From: Vibrio alginolyticus NBRC 15630 = ATCC 17749
Lineage (GTDB): Bacteria > Pseudomonadota > Gammaproteobacteria > Enterobacterales > Vibrionaceae
Assembly (NCBI RefSeq): GCF_000354175.2
Contig: NC_022349.1
Location: 2,550,001 to 2,582,000, forward strand
Length of the DNA: 32,000 bases
Reading direction: 5' to 3'
Part shown: positions 8,931 to 18,736 of the stretch, piece after piece
Position numbering within the stretch: position 1 is the first letter of the stretch
Layout: each line of letters opens with the position of its first letter
The notes under the pieces: model-generated
Seen by the model: only the letters and a program-made list of their open reading frames with translations
Told to the model about the DNA's origin: nothing
Databases searched by the model: none
Made by a program: the position numbers and the translations under genes

Positions 8931-9770
8931 ATGGCAAAAGAAGTATTAAGAATTGAAAATCTTAAGCAGCACTTTGTTTCTGGTAAAGGGCTGTTCAAGA
9001 AAGGCTACACCATCAAAGCGGTAGACGGGGTTTCACTGTCTGTTTCTGAAGGTGAAACACTGGGGCTAGTTGGTGAGTCAGGTTGTGGTAAAAGCACCCT
9101 TGGTCGCACGATCTTAAAGTTATACGAGCCAACAGAAGGTAAGATTTTCTTTGAAGGTAAAGACATCACTAAATTGTCTGTGAAAGAGATGCGATCGCTG
9201 CGTAAAGACATGCAAATCGTCTTTCAAGACCCAATGGAGTCACTCAATCAGCGTCATACCATCGGTATGATTCTGGAAGAACCGTTTGTTATTCATAAAA
9301 TTGGCACGCCAACAGAGCGTAAACAATGGGTAAAAGAGCTTTTAATCAAAGTGGGATTACCAGAAACGGCAGTAAACCGTTATCCACATGAATTTTCAGG
9401 CGGGCAACGGCAGCGTATCGGTATCGCTCGCGCGATTGCATTGAAGCCTAAACTGCTGATTTGTGATGAATCGGTATCTGCGTTAGATGTGTCGGTACAG
9501 GCGCAAATCTTGAACCTATTGCTACAACTGCAACAAGAAATGAACTTGGCGATCATATTTATCTCTCACGATCTCTCGGTGGTGAAACATGTTTCTGACA
9601 AAGTTGCCGTGATGTATTTTGGCAAAGTGGTAGAAGCAGGCAGTGCTAAAGAAATTTATGCAAACCCGCAAAACGAATACACCAAAAAACTCCTATCTGC
9701 GATTCCGATCACTCACCCTAAATATCGGAAGAAAAAGCGCGTAGCTGAAAAAAAGCAGCAAGTGGCGTAA
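8931..9770 (+). CDS. ABC transporter ATP-binding protein (OppF/DppF-like)
   Basis: Walker A is GESGCGKST, the signature is FSGGQRQR, Walker B is LLICDESVSALD, and the H-loop is ISHDL. The RBS is AAAGAGGA. The C-terminus is a lysine-rich tail. Confidence 0.93.
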   Translation: MAKEVLRIENLKQHFVSGKGLFKKGYTIKAVDGVSLSVSEGETLGLVGESGCGKSTLGRTILKLYEPTEGKIFFEGKDITKLSVKEMRSLRKDMQIVFQDPMESLNQRHTIGMILEEPFVIHKIGTPTERKQWVKELLIKVGLPETAVNRYPHEFSGGQRQRIGIARAIALKPKLLICDESVSALDVSVQAQILNLLLQLQQEMNLAIIFISHDLSVVKHVSDKVAVMYFGKVVEAGSAKEIYANPQNEYTKKLLSAIPITHPKYRKKKRVAEKKQQVA

Positions 9771-9796
9771 GTGATGCCACAGGTCCTATAACACAA

Positions 9797-9828
9797 AAGC
9801 GCTCCGCCAAATAAGCGGAGCGTTTTTA
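9797..9828 (+). terminator. Rho-independent terminator of the ABC operon
   Basis: AAAGCGCTCCGC-caaataa-GCGGAGCGTTTTT, located 27 nt after the stop at 9770. Confidence 0.8.
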
Positions 9829-9938
9829 TAAGCAAATGCCAGGACTTGGAGTCGATTTACACTGATGTTTATTCTGATTGATTGAAGATCGTTGCATGCT
9901 AAACTCAAGGCCTATTTTCTTTGTTTGGATAATGGACC

Positions 9939-10364
9939 ATGCCGTCGAATTTACCGAAATCCTTTAGTCGACCTTTCCTGAGAATCTTCCATATTTTGGA
10001 GGCGGTATTATTAGTCTCTATTACCTTGGCGACGTTGTACGCCATGATGCAAGAGTTTGTGCACGTATTTGTAGAGAAGCGTGTCTTACTCACAGATATT
10101 CTGTTGATGTTTATCTATCTGGAAGTGCTCGCCATGGTGCAGCAGTTCGTGATGAACGGTAAAATTCCGGTACGCTATCCTATCTACATCGCGATGATGG
10201 CGATCGCCCGCTATATCACTCTCGGAATGAAAGAGCTGGATGCGGTTTTGGTTGTGTGGTTATCTCTGGCTGCGTTTATTTTGGCTGCGGCTACTTTGCT
10301 GATCAGAATTGGACACCATTATTGGCCCTACGTTGATAACAGAACCTTGGAAAAAGATGAGTAA
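9939..10364 (+). CDS. psiE: Phosphate-starvation-inducible protein PsiE (small inner-membrane protein)
   Basis: 141 aa with 4 predicted TM segments. The layout and motifs (LLMFIYLEVLAMVQQF...PVRYPIYIAMMAIARYI) match my memory of E. coli PsiE (YFLYFEFIALIVKYF...PLRYFVYIGITAIVRLI). Confidence 0.8.
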   Translation: MPSNLPKSFSRPFLRIFHILEAVLLVSITLATLYAMMQEFVHVFVEKRVLLTDILLMFIYLEVLAMVQQFVMNGKIPVRYPIYIAMMAIARYITLGMKELDAVLVVWLSLAAFILAAATLLIRIGHHYWPYVDNRTLEKDE

Positions 10365-10365
10365 A

Positions 10366-10398
10366 AGAAAGCCCCGCACTAGCGGGGCTTTTTTGTTT
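10366..10398. terminator. Bidirectional rho-independent terminator between convergent psiE and yicC
   Basis: AAGCCCCGC-acta-GCGGGGCTT (10369-10390). It is flanked by T-runs on both strands: TTTTTTG on plus and TTTCTTTT on minus. Confidence 0.85.
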
Positions 10399-10419
10399 CA
10401 ATACTCGATGACTTTTAGA

Positions 10420-11286
10420 TCATTCAATGTTTTGGATCTGCTCACGCATCTGTTCAATTAGAACTTTCAGTTCAACGCCCGATGCGGTGATGTCGGTGCT
10501 GATGGATTTCGACGCTAGCGTGTTTGATTCACGGTTGAACTCTTGCATCATAAAATCTAGACGGCGACCCACTGCGCCACCTTTTTTCAGAATGTTTGTG
10601 GTTTCTTTTACGTGAGAGTCCAAGCGATCGAGCTCTTCAGCAACATCCGATTTTTGCGCTAGCAAAATCAACTCTTGCTCGATACGAGATGGATCCAGTT
10701 CCACTTTAGCGTCTTCGAACTTCGAGAATAGTCGCTCACGTTGCCATTCTAAAATTTCTGGCATGCGGGCACGCACTTTTACGACTTCTGCAGAGATGGC
10801 GTCTAAACGCTGTTCAATCAGCGCTTTCATGTTCTCGCCTTCACGAGCGCGCGCTTCAATAAATTCATCCATTGCGCCATCAAACGCTTCTAGTAGCACT
10901 TTATTTACTGCATCCATGTCTTGCTCTGGCGTTTCCATTACCCCCGGCCATTGCATGACTTGAAATGGATTGATTCGGCTCAGTTCACCAGTCATGTGCA
11001 TGACTTGTTCAGCGGCTTTAATTACCTGGCTAGCAAGCGCTTCATTGATGCTAAGCTCACCTTTTGCGGCAGGGTTTGCTTCAAAACGCAGATTACATTC
11101 TACTTTGCCTCGCGCTAAGCGCTTACGAAAGCGCTCACGTAAAACGGGCTCTAACCCGCGAAATTGCTCTGGCATGCGGAAGTATGTTTCTAAATAACGC
11201 TGGTTCACGCTGCGGATTTCCCATACCGCAGAACCCCAATCGCCTTTTACTTCTTTGCGTGCATACGCTGTCATACTGTAAATCAT
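10420..11286 (-). CDS. yicC: YicC-family stress-induced protein
   Basis: 288 aa. It is colinear with E. coli YicC as I recall it. The N-terminus is MIYSMTAYARKEVKGDWGSAVWEIRSVNQRYLETYFR. The C-terminus is RRLDFMMQEFNRESNTLASKS...IEQMREQIQNIE. Confidence 0.93.
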   Translation of the reverse strand: MIYSMTAYARKEVKGDWGSAVWEIRSVNQRYLETYFRMPEQFRGLEPVLRERFRKRLARGKVECNLRFEANPAAKGELSINEALASQVIKAAEQVMHMTGELSRINPFQVMQWPGVMETPEQDMDAVNKVLLEAFDGAMDEFIEARAREGENMKALIEQRLDAISAEVVKVRARMPEILEWQRERLFSKFEDAKVELDPSRIEQELILLAQKSDVAEELDRLDSHVKETTNILKKGGAVGRRLDFMMQEFNRESNTLASKSISTDITASGVELKVLIEQMREQIQNIE

Positions 11287-11470
11287 CGAATTTTCCTGTC
11301 TTCATTTTTTGAAAATTACTTCAAGAGTGTATCACGCTGCGTCGATAGGTGCGCGGGATGTATGGATTGTTTATGTTGTGCCAGCGGCGTAACCTATGAA
11401 TCCGGAATCGATTCCGTTATAATCTTCGCCCAACCAAATCGTCTTCTCCTCATATTTAAGGTAGATGCCC

Positions 11471-12187
11471 ATGCGTCCAAACGATCGCAAGGCGGATCAA
11501 GTTCGCCCTATCAAAATTACTCGTAACTACACAGCTTACGCTGAAGGGTCAGTGCTAGTTGAGTTCGGTAACACCAAAGTGTTGTGTAATGCGACCGTCG
11601 AAGAATCTGTGCCACGTTGGCTAAAAGGTCAAGGTAAAGGCTGGGTTACAGCTGAATACGGCATGCTACCTCGAGCAACACATTCGCGTACTCGTCGTGA
11701 AGCGGCAAGTGGCAAACAAGGCGGCCGTACGATGGAAATTCAGCGTCTTATCGCGCGAAGCCTACGCGCTGTTGTCGACCTAAAAGCCATGGGTGAGTTC
11801 ATGATCACCGTTGACTGTGACGTTATCCAAGCTGACGGTGGTACGCGTACTGCATCCATCAGCGGCGCAAGTGTTGCAATGGCCGATGCATTCCAACACC
11901 TAGTAGATAGCGGCAAGCTAAAAGCAAACCCAATGAAAGGCCACGTAGCGGCAGTTTCAGTTGGTTTGCTAGGTGATGATGTTCTGTGTGACCTTGAATA
12001 CGTTGAAGATTCAGCGGCAGACACAGACATGAACGTGGTAATGACAGAAGAAGGCAAGATGATTGAAATTCAGGGCACCGCAGAAGGTGAACCGTTCAGT
12101 CACGAACAGCTGATGGCATTGCTCGAGTCGGCGAAAGTCGGCATTACGGAAATTGTCGCAGCGCAGAAGGCGGCGTTAGCCAATTGA
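11471..12187 (+). CDS. rph: Ribonuclease PH
   Basis: The ORF-track start is 11465 (MPMRP...). E. coli Rph begins MRP..., so the ATG at 11471 is preferred. Motifs include [61 protein letters not shown], and a C-terminal AAQKAALAN. Confidence 0.96.
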   Translation: MRPNDRKADQVRPIKITRNYTAYAEGSVLVEFGNTKVLCNATVEESVPRWLKGQGKGWVTAEYGMLPRATHSRTRREAASGKQGGRTMEIQRLIARSLRAVVDLKAMGEFMITVDCDVIQADGGTRTASISGASVAMADAFQHLVDSGKLKANPMKGHVAAVSVGLLGDDVLCDLEYVEDSAADTDMNVVMTEEGKMIEIQGTAEGEPFSHEQLMALLESAKVGITEIVAAQKAALAN

Positions 12188-12192
12188 TTTAG

Positions 12193-12221
12193 ATAGCTCC
12201 CATTATGGGGGCTATTTTTTT
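12193..12221 (+). promoter_or_regulatory. rph-pyrE intercistronic attenuator (intrinsic terminator hairpin)
   Basis: ATAGCTCCC-attat-GGGGGCTAT, with 9 pairs including one G:U, followed by a T7 run. It starts 6 nt after the rph stop (12185-12187) and lies 70 nt before the pyrE ATG. The position matches the UTP-sensitive pyrE attenuator described for E. coli/Salmonella. Confidence 0.75.
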
Positions 12222-12291
12222 ATCTCGACAATAGAGAAATGAATGATTGTCGAGAAGAGACACAAGAAACCAAGGACATAGAGAGAAAATA

Positions 12292-12933
12292 ATGAAAGCA
12301 TACCAGCGTGAATTTATTGAGTTTGCACTTGAGAAAGAAGTTCTTAAGTTTGGTGAGTTTACTTTGAAATCTGGCCGTAAAAGCCCGTACTTCTTTAACG
12401 CTGGTCTTTTCAATACTGGTCGTGACCTAGCGCGTCTTGGTCGTTTTTACGCAGCCGCGCTCGCTGATTCTGGCATTGAGTTTGATGTACTGTTTGGCCC
12501 GGCGTACAAAGGTATCCCAATCGCGACGACAACAGCAGTCGCGCTGGCGGATCACCACGATATCGACACGCCTTACTGCTTCAACCGTAAAGAAGCGAAA
12601 GATCACGGCGAAGGCGGTAACCTTGTAGGCTCTGCGCTTGAAGGTCGAATCATGCTAGTGGATGACGTAATCACAGCAGGTACTGCGATTCGTGAATCGA
12701 TGGAAATCATCAAGGCGAATGGTGCAGACCTTGCTGGTGTGTTGGTTGCGATTGACCGCCAAGAAAAAGGCAAAGGTGAATTGTCTGCGATCCAAGAAGT
12801 GGAGCGTGACTTTGGTTGTGCAATCATCTCGATCGTTAGCCTGACTGACCTTGTGACTTTCCTTGAAGAGAAAGGCACAGACAAAGAGCATCTAGAAGCA
12901 GTCAAAGCATACCGCGCAGAATACGGCATTTAA
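12292..12933 (+). CDS. pyrE: Orotate phosphoribosyltransferase
   Basis: The ORF-track start at 12247 adds 15 residues not seen in homologues. The ATG at 12292 gives [40 protein letters not shown], compared with E. coli MKPYQRQFIEFAL.... The PRPP motif is [13 protein letters not shown]. Confidence 0.96.
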   Translation: MKAYQREFIEFALEKEVLKFGEFTLKSGRKSPYFFNAGLFNTGRDLARLGRFYAAALADSGIEFDVLFGPAYKGIPIATTTAVALADHHDIDTPYCFNRKEAKDHGEGGNLVGSALEGRIMLVDDVITAGTAIRESMEIIKANGADLAGVLVAIDRQEKGKGELSAIQEVERDFGCAIISIVSLTDLVTFLEEKGTDKEHLEAVKAYRAEYGI

Positions 12934-12956
12934 TTGGTTACTTTTTCTGAAAAAGT

Positions 12957-12993
12957 AAAAAGGGCAGATGGATATTCATCTGCCCTTTTTTGT
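12957..12993. terminator. Bidirectional terminator between convergent pyrE and the lipid A acyltransferase gene
   Basis: AGGGCAGATG-gatatt-CATCTGCCCT (12961-12986), with AAAAA upstream and TTTTTTG downstream. Confidence 0.85.
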
Positions 12994-13017
12994 TTTTGGA
13001 TTCATCGCCTTGACCAC

Positions 13018-13968
13018 TTACTTATAGCGAATGCCTTTCTCGACATGCTCATCTTGCATGGTTTTATAGCGTTTATGGAGCCACATCCATTGCTCTGGAG
13101 CGCGTAGAATGACTTCTTCCACATACTTGTTCATATAAGCGGCAGCGGCGACTTCGTCTTTTTGTGGATAATCGGCTTCAATGCACTTATCGGCGATGAT
13201 GTCGTATTTCCCTTCGTCATTGCGAAACCCTGAGCCTGGGATGATCGCACATTTTGAGGTATACGCCAGAATGCTCGTGCCTGTTGTCGTACACGCATTG
13301 TCTACGGCAAAGAAGGGCACAAATACTGATTTTTTGCGACCGTAATCGTGATCCGGTAAATAGAACAGACGCTCACCGCTGCGTAAAACACGAATCATCT
13401 TTTTTACATCTTTACGATCAATCAGTTTATTGCCGTTATGTGTCCGTCCCCAATACTGGATAAAGTTATAAGCAGGATTATTATGTGGACGAAACGCGCC
13501 GTACCCGGCCACGCCTAACACGGCGAAAGCACGCGCAGTGATCTCTAGATTTAGAGCATGGACACAACAAAGTAGGACGCCTTTACCTTCTTTGGCTTTT
13601 TCACGCAGTGCGCCGAGATCTTTCTCGACGATCAGGTTTTTAAAGCGCCAAGTCGGCCAGAACCAAGTGATTCCGGTTTCTATCAGTGCCATACCAGTAT
13701 TTTTGAAGTTCTCTTCAACAATATGTTGAATCTCTTCAGGTGTTTTGTCTGGAAAGGCCAATTCTAAGTTACGCTGAGCAACGTGGACACGCTTTTTACC
13801 GTAGCGCATGCCAAGTTTACCGAGTGAACGACCTAATGAAAGCAGCAGCCGATAAGGAAGAATATTGACGAGGATGGCCAACAGACCAAAACCAAGCCAT
13901 ACGCCCCAGTTACGAGGGTGAAGAAGTGAAAGAGAAAACTCGGGCTGCGTGTATTTGTCTTTACTCAT
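13018..13968 (-). CDS. Lipid A secondary (late) acyltransferase, LpxL/LpxM/LpxN family
   Basis: 316 aa. There is an N-terminal TM anchor (WGVWLGFGLLAILVNILPY). The acyltransferase HX4E motif is in CCVHALNLE. The C-terminus PEQWMWLHKRYK is typical of HtrB/MsbB proteins. Which acyl chain and which position cannot be told from the sequence. Confidence 0.88.
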   Translation of the reverse strand: MSKDKYTQPEFSLSLLHPRNWGVWLGFGLLAILVNILPYRLLLSLGRSLGKLGMRYGKKRVHVAQRNLELAFPDKTPEEIQHIVEENFKNTGMALIETGITWFWPTWRFKNLIVEKDLGALREKAKEGKGVLLCCVHALNLEITARAFAVLGVAGYGAFRPHNNPAYNFIQYWGRTHNGNKLIDRKDVKKMIRVLRSGERLFYLPDHDYGRKKSVFVPFFAVDNACTTTGTSILAYTSKCAIIPGSGFRNDEGKYDIIADKCIEADYPQKDEVAAAAYMNKYVEEVILRAPEQWMWLHKRYKTMQDEHVEKGIRYK

Positions 13969-13974
13969 AGTCTT

Positions 13975-14565
13975 TTACTTTATTTGTGCACTCAAAAGCG
14001 CCCAGTACTCGTCAAAGTTTGCAGTCGGCTGGTATTTAAAGTCGCTACGCACAAAGCGGTTTAGGCTCCCCTCAACTTGTCCCAGAATTTGCGCGGCTAG
14101 GATGCGCTCTTCGACAGGGAAAGACTTCCCTTCACGAATCTTACGTTCACGCAGGATTTGGCGCAATTGTGTTTCTATACGCTCAAAGAGTTGATTGATG
14201 CGTTCACGTAGACGTTCATTTTCAAACATTAGAGCATGACCCGACAAAATGCGTGTCAGACCTGGGTTACGTTCAGAGAACGCCAAAATAAGGTGCATCA
14301 CCATACGAATACGCTCTAGTGTATCTTTTTCGTCGTCTAGAATACGGTTGATACGTGTCATCAAGGCTTCTTCAATGAACTCAATCAACCCTTCGAACAT
14401 GCGCGCTTTACTTGGGAAATGACGATACAGCGCGGCTTCTGAAACGCCGACTTGCTTGGCCAGTTTTGCCGTAGTAATGCGTGAAGCGCCATCTGTTGAT
14501 TCAAGCATTTCTGCCAATGCTTGTAAGATCTCTTCACGACGGTTGGATTTTTTACTGCCGGCCAT
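13975..14565 (-). CDS. slmA: Nucleoid occlusion factor SlmA (TetR family)
   Basis: 196 aa. The HTH is [36 protein letters not shown]. Length and sequence match SlmA/Ttk. The stop is 6 nt upstream of the acyltransferase start. Confidence 0.93.
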   Translation of the reverse strand: MAGSKKSNRREEILQALAEMLESTDGASRITTAKLAKQVGVSEAALYRHFPSKARMFEGLIEFIEEALMTRINRILDDEKDTLERIRMVMHLILAFSERNPGLTRILSGHALMFENERLRERINQLFERIETQLRQILRERKIREGKSFPVEERILAAQILGQVEGSLNRFVRSDFKYQPTANFDEYWALLSAQIK

Positions 14566-14735
14566 TAGTTACTTCCTTTCAAAATAAAAGTTGAGCGGAG
14601 GGGATTATAAGACGCTATTTCGCCTCAAACTAGACCACTAAGGGTGGAATGGGAGATTTAACACCCTTAGTTGTCATTTTTGTACCAAATTTATGCCAGC
14701 TTTTGTAAAAAATTGGCAGGGTTTTCAAACGTTAG

Positions 14736-15935
14736 TTACATCAATTGATGCATTTTTTCGAGAATTTTAAAGCTCAATGCTTCTTTTGATTCTAAAGCGA
14801 GCGCAAGTTCACCTTCAGGCCAGTAAAGGGTAATTGCGTTGTCGTTGCTGTTAAATCCTTGCCCTGCAACCGAAACGTCGTTTGCACAGATCATATCGAG
14901 GTTTTTCTTTGTTAACTTGCCTCGAGCATAGGTCTCTACATCATTGGTTTCAGCCGCAAAACCGACGGTAAACGGACGCTTCTCCGTCATTGCTGCCACA
15001 GATGCAACAATATCAGGATTTTTAACCATATTAATGACCATTTCGTCGTTGTCTTCTGTCTTTTTCAACTTTTGAGACGCGATCGTTTGTGGGCGGTAGT
15101 CGGCAACGGCAGCGCAGCTAATAAAGGCATCATGCTGGTTTGCATGTGTCATAACGGCTTCGTGCATCTCTTGTGCACTGGAAACATTTATGCGCTCAAC
15201 ACCTACGGGCGTATTTAAACTGACAGGACCGCTCACGAGGGTGACTTTTGCTCCCATCTGCGCTGCGGCGCTCGCCAATGCATAGCCCATTTTCCCGGAG
15301 CTATGGTTTGTAATGTAACGCACTGGATCAATCGCTTCGCGAGTTGGTCCGGCGGTAATGAGTATCGACTTACCTTCTAGCAATTTTGGTTGAAAGAACT
15401 GTTCACATAGATGTACTAGCTGCATTGGTTCCAGCATTCGACCTGGTCCTACATCACCACAGGCTTGCTCTCCTGCCGCAGGGCCCCAGATGTGCATACC
15501 ACGACGCGCTAACGTAGCGATGTTCTCTTGGGTTGCGATATTGCGATACATCTGTTGATTCATCGCAGGAGAAACAGCAACAGGGGAATCCGTCGCGAGC
15601 ACGAGCGTGGTAAGTAAATCGTTCCCCATGCCTGCGGACATGCGCGCGATTAAGTCCGCGGTCGCTGGCGCTAATAGCACTAAATCTGCCCATTTGGCCA
15701 ATTCAATATGGCCCATAGAGGCTTCCGCTGCTGGGTCTAGTAAACTGTCCGAGACAGGACGGCCCGAAACGGCTTGCATGGTTAAAGGGGTAATGAACTC
15801 TTTTGCGGCTTTCGTCATTACAACTTGAACTTGCGCTCCTCTCTCTATGAGGCGACGGGTTAGCTCCGCACATTTATACGCGGCAATACCGCCACTGATG
15901 CCGAGTAGAATTTTCTTTCCTGCTAGTGTTTGCAT
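14736..15935 (-). CDS. coaBC: Bifunctional phosphopantothenoylcysteine decarboxylase / phosphopantothenate-cysteine ligase
   Basis: The ORF-track start at 15977 adds 14 residues. The ATG at 15933-15935 ([21 protein letters not shown]) is preceded by GGAG at proper spacing. The PAMNQQM motif is present, and the C-terminal CoaB domain contains [22 protein letters not shown]. Confidence 0.95.
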   Translation of the reverse strand: MQTLAGKKILLGISGGIAAYKCAELTRRLIERGAQVQVVMTKAAKEFITPLTMQAVSGRPVSDSLLDPAAEASMGHIELAKWADLVLLAPATADLIARMSAGMGNDLLTTLVLATDSPVAVSPAMNQQMYRNIATQENIATLARRGMHIWGPAAGEQACGDVGPGRMLEPMQLVHLCEQFFQPKLLEGKSILITAGPTREAIDPVRYITNHSSGKMGYALASAAAQMGAKVTLVSGPVSLNTPVGVERINVSSAQEMHEAVMTHANQHDAFISCAAVADYRPQTIASQKLKKTEDNDEMVINMVKNPDIVASVAAMTEKRPFTVGFAAETNDVETYARGKLTKKNLDMICANDVSVAGQGFNSNDNAITLYWPEGELALALESKEALSFKILEKMHQLM

Positions 15936-16128
15936 GTAAGATCTCCAATTTGATGACCGGATTTTAACACAATTCAAAGTCTGACCGCCCGAGCATATAT
16001 AACGAGAAGATAATTCACATCAAACTCCAGAGTATTAATCTGACCGAGGAAGGGAAAATTCTCGCCTACCTCACAGACAAGTTGCGCGGAGTTTGCAAGT
16101 CTGAAAAGAAAAAGAGGTAGTGGAAACC

Positions 16129-17802
16129 ATGGTGTTGAAAAGTCGAAACAAATTGCTGCTGATAACCCTAATTCCGCTGTTGTTGATCACTACGTTGATC
16201 TCAGTGGTGTATTACATCAACAGCAGTAAAAGTTTGGAAGCGGAGCTAGCAAGAGACAGGCAAGAGCTCATCGAAACGAAAAAGAAAGAGTTACAAGCCT
16301 ACATGATGATGGGCGTTACGGCGATAAAACCGTTATACGACGCGGATGTAAATGGAAGTAATAAAGAGGCAGCAAAAGAAATTCTGAAAGCCATGCGCTT
16401 TGAAAGCGATGGTTACTTTTTTGCCTACGACTCTCAAGGTGTGAATACGTTGCACGCCATCAAACCTGCATTAGAGGGTAAAAACCTTTACGACTTAAAA
16501 GATGAAAATGGGGTCGCAGTTATTGCGGGCTTGATTGACGCTTCTCAAAAAGGGGATGGGTTCCTCTATTTCTCGTGGCACAAACCGACCATTGACGCAC
16601 AAGCGCCTAAGTTGGGCTATGCAGAATATCTATCGAAATGGGACTGGGTTTTAGGTACTGGCGTTTATATTGATGACATCGACCAGCAAGTTGCGATGCA
16701 CAGAGAGTTAAAGACTCAAGAGCTAAAAGAGCATACGTTATCTGCCGTGTTGATTTCCGTTATTGGATTGATCATTACCAGTGTTCTCACCAGTATCGTG
16801 GTGTCTAAAGGCATTCAGCCATTACAACATGTCGCGGCTTCATTAAAAGATGTTGCCGCAGGCGGCGGTGACTTAACGGCTCGTTTAAAAGTCGAAAGTC
16901 AGGATGAAGTCGGTGAAGTGGCGGCCGCGTTTAATGAGTTTATGGATAAGCTGCACCCACTGATGCAGGACATTCATCGCTCTGCGACGACAGTACAGAC
17001 CGTTTCTCAAAGCCTGAACACTCAGACCAGCCAAGCGAGCGGTCAAATGCAGGATCACTGTTTAGAGACGGACAAAGTCGTGACGGCAGTGACGCAAATG
17101 AGCATGACTGCCAAAGAAGTAGCCAGCAATACTAATGCGACCGCGCAGGCAATTGACGATGCCAACAGTCAAGTCACCGCCGCTCAGCATGAGGTCGAGC
17201 AAGCAATAGAAGGCATTACCGAACTCGTGACGGAGATAGACAGCACGTCAGATGCAATTTCTGAGTTGAGTTTACAGACCGAAAAAATAACCAAAGTGCT
17301 GGATGTGATTGGCGAGATAGCCGAGCAAACGAATTTGTTGGCCCTAAATGCGGCGATTGAAGCGGCTAGAGCCGGTGAGCAAGGTCGAGGGTTTGCCGTC
17401 GTTGCGGATGAAGTGCGCTCGTTAGCCAGTCGTACGCAAAATAGTACTCATGAAATTGGCGACATGCTCAAGCAGCTACAAAATGGTGTATCAAGAGCGG
17501 TCAGTACGATGTCGGTGAGCCAAAAACGAGGTGTCAAAACGGCGGAAGAATCTGCGCTCATTCAGCAATCTCTTTCTGGTGTTCATCATTCTATCGGAAC
17601 AATTCGAGATATGGGTATTCAAACCGCGTCTGCCGCAGAAGAACAAAGCGCGGTTGCAGAAGACATCAACCAAAACTTAGTGGCTATTCAACAGATCGTG
17701 AACAACATTAATGAGACGTTGCAGCATGCCGAGTCAATCAGCACGCAGCTATCACAGTCTGGAACGGAAATTCACGGCTTGGTTGGCAACTTTAAACTCT
17801 GA
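16129..17802 (+). CDS. Methyl-accepting chemotaxis protein with a periplasmic single-Cache (sCache_2-like) sensor
   Basis: The ORF-track start at 16120 is GTG only 2 nt after the AAAGAGG RBS, so the ATG at 16129 is preferred. The architecture is TM1, a ~170-aa periplasmic domain ([19 protein letters not shown]...[10 protein letters not shown]...[14 protein letters not shown]), TM2, HAMP, then the signalling domain with [35 protein letters not shown]. Confidence 0.92.
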   Translation: MVLKSRNKLLLITLIPLLLITTLISVVYYINSSKSLEAELARDRQELIETKKKELQAYMMMGVTAIKPLYDADVNGSNKEAAKEILKAMRFESDGYFFAYDSQGVNTLHAIKPALEGKNLYDLKDENGVAVIAGLIDASQKGDGFLYFSWHKPTIDAQAPKLGYAEYLSKWDWVLGTGVYIDDIDQQVAMHRELKTQELKEHTLSAVLISVIGLIITSVLTSIVVSKGIQPLQHVAASLKDVAAGGGDLTARLKVESQDEVGEVAAAFNEFMDKLHPLMQDIHRSATTVQTVSQSLNTQTSQASGQMQDHCLETDKVVTAVTQMSMTAKEVASNTNATAQAIDDANSQVTAAQHEVEQAIEGITELVTEIDSTSDAISELSLQTEKITKVLDVIGEIAEQTNLLALNAAIEAARAGEQGRGFAVVADEVRSLASRTQNSTHEIGDMLKQLQNGVSRAVSTMSVSQKRGVKTAEESALIQQSLSGVHHSIGTIRDMGIQTASAAEEQSAVAEDINQNLVAIQQIVNNINETLQHAESISTQLSQSGTEIHGLVGNFKL

Positions 17803-17841
17803 TGAACTGTTAAGTTGCATGGAAAGCACTGATGGTACGAA

Positions 17842-17880
17842 GAAAGCGAAAGTCATACTCGACTTTCGCTTTTTGTTTTG
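17842..17880 (+). terminator. Rho-independent terminator after the MCP gene
   Basis: GAAAGCGAAAGTC-atactc-GACTTTCGCTTTT followed by TGTTTTG. Confidence 0.85.
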
Positions 17881-17916
17881 TGGAATAGGGACACTTTCCA
17901 TATAAAGAGACATCAG

Positions 17917-18591
17917 ATGATACTGAAAGCTTTGCCAAATGAGTCCATGCCCAGAGAGAAGCTACTGCAACGAGGGCCGCAAGCTTTGACCGATGCCGAA
18001 CTGCTGGCCATCTTCTTGCGCACAGGCACCCGCGGAATGAACGTGATTGAGCTTGCAGACTTCCTTATTCAAGACTTTGGTTCGCTCAGACAACTATTTT
18101 CAGCATCAGAAGAAGAGTTTTGTCGTCACAAAGGATTAGGGCAAGCCAAGTATGTTCAATTGCAAGCGGTACTAGAAATGACACAACGTTACTTGGCGGA
18201 GACGCTAAAGCGTGGTGATGCCTTAACCAGTCCCGACCAAACTAAGTTATATCTGTCTTCTATTTTAAGGGATCGGCAAAGAGAGGCTTTTTATATTCTT
18301 TTTCTCGATAACCAGCACCGAGTGATAAAAGATGAAATTTTATTTGAAGGAACGTTGGATGCAGCGTCGGTGTATCCGAGAGAAGTCGTCAAGCGTGCTC
18401 TGCATCATAACGCGGCGGCTTTGATTTTGGCGCACAATCATCCTTCAGGCGTCGCTGAGCCGAGCCAAGCTGACAGAAGGATTACAAGGCGTCTCATCGA
18501 CGCATTAGCATTGGTGGATATTCGTATTTTGGACCATTTCGTCATCGGAGATGGGGAAAGTGTCTCTTTTGCTGAAAGAGGCTGGATATAA
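17917..18591 (+). CDS. radC: RadC/YicR-family JAB-domain protein (UPF0758)
   Basis: The ORF-track start at 17878 lies inside the terminator. The ATG at 17917 gives [37 protein letters not shown], a typical RadC N-terminus. The JAB/MPN motif is in ILAHNHPSG. Confidence 0.92.
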   Translation: MILKALPNESMPREKLLQRGPQALTDAELLAIFLRTGTRGMNVIELADFLIQDFGSLRQLFSASEEEFCRHKGLGQAKYVQLQAVLEMTQRYLAETLKRGDALTSPDQTKLYLSSILRDRQREAFYILFLDNQHRVIKDEILFEGTLDAASVYPREVVKRALHHNAAALILAHNHPSGVAEPSQADRRITRRLIDALALVDIRILDHFVIGDGESVSFAERGWI

Positions 18592-18736
18592 CTGTGCGTT
18601 TTTTAGGTTGTTAGTTGCTAAAAATCTGCTATCATCCACGCCACTAAATTTTTAACTGAATTCAGCTTGGACTGCTAAAAAAATCTGCTGTCTAAAAAAA
18701 GATCACGAAAACCTGTAAAAAGGATCTGTTCGGGTC

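Noticed and set aside
9860-9885. Possible Pho box (CTGATGTTTATTCTGATTGATT) upstream of psiE
   Set aside because: The two CTGAT units are 12 rather than 11 bp apart, and each matches the CTGTCAT consensus poorly. This cannot be supported from the sequence alone.
11740-12929. Long antisense ORFs inside rph (105 aa), the pyrE leader (74 aa) and pyrE (108 aa, 78 aa)
   Set aside because: They lie opposite highly conserved housekeeping CDSs. Their Ser/Arg/Pro-rich composition is typical of antisense frames.
14690-14722. TGCCA-N15-TGGCA repeat and a TGGCAG motif resembling a sigma54 -24 element
   Set aside because: The -12 element (TTGC) is missing at the required spacing, where the sequence reads TCAA. 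The orientation also points into the 3' end of coaBC.
15980-16046. TCTGACCG direct repeat (15980 and 16039) in the coaBC/MCP divergent region
   Set aside because: An 8-mer repeated once is expected by chance. No symmetry or promoter relationship was seen.
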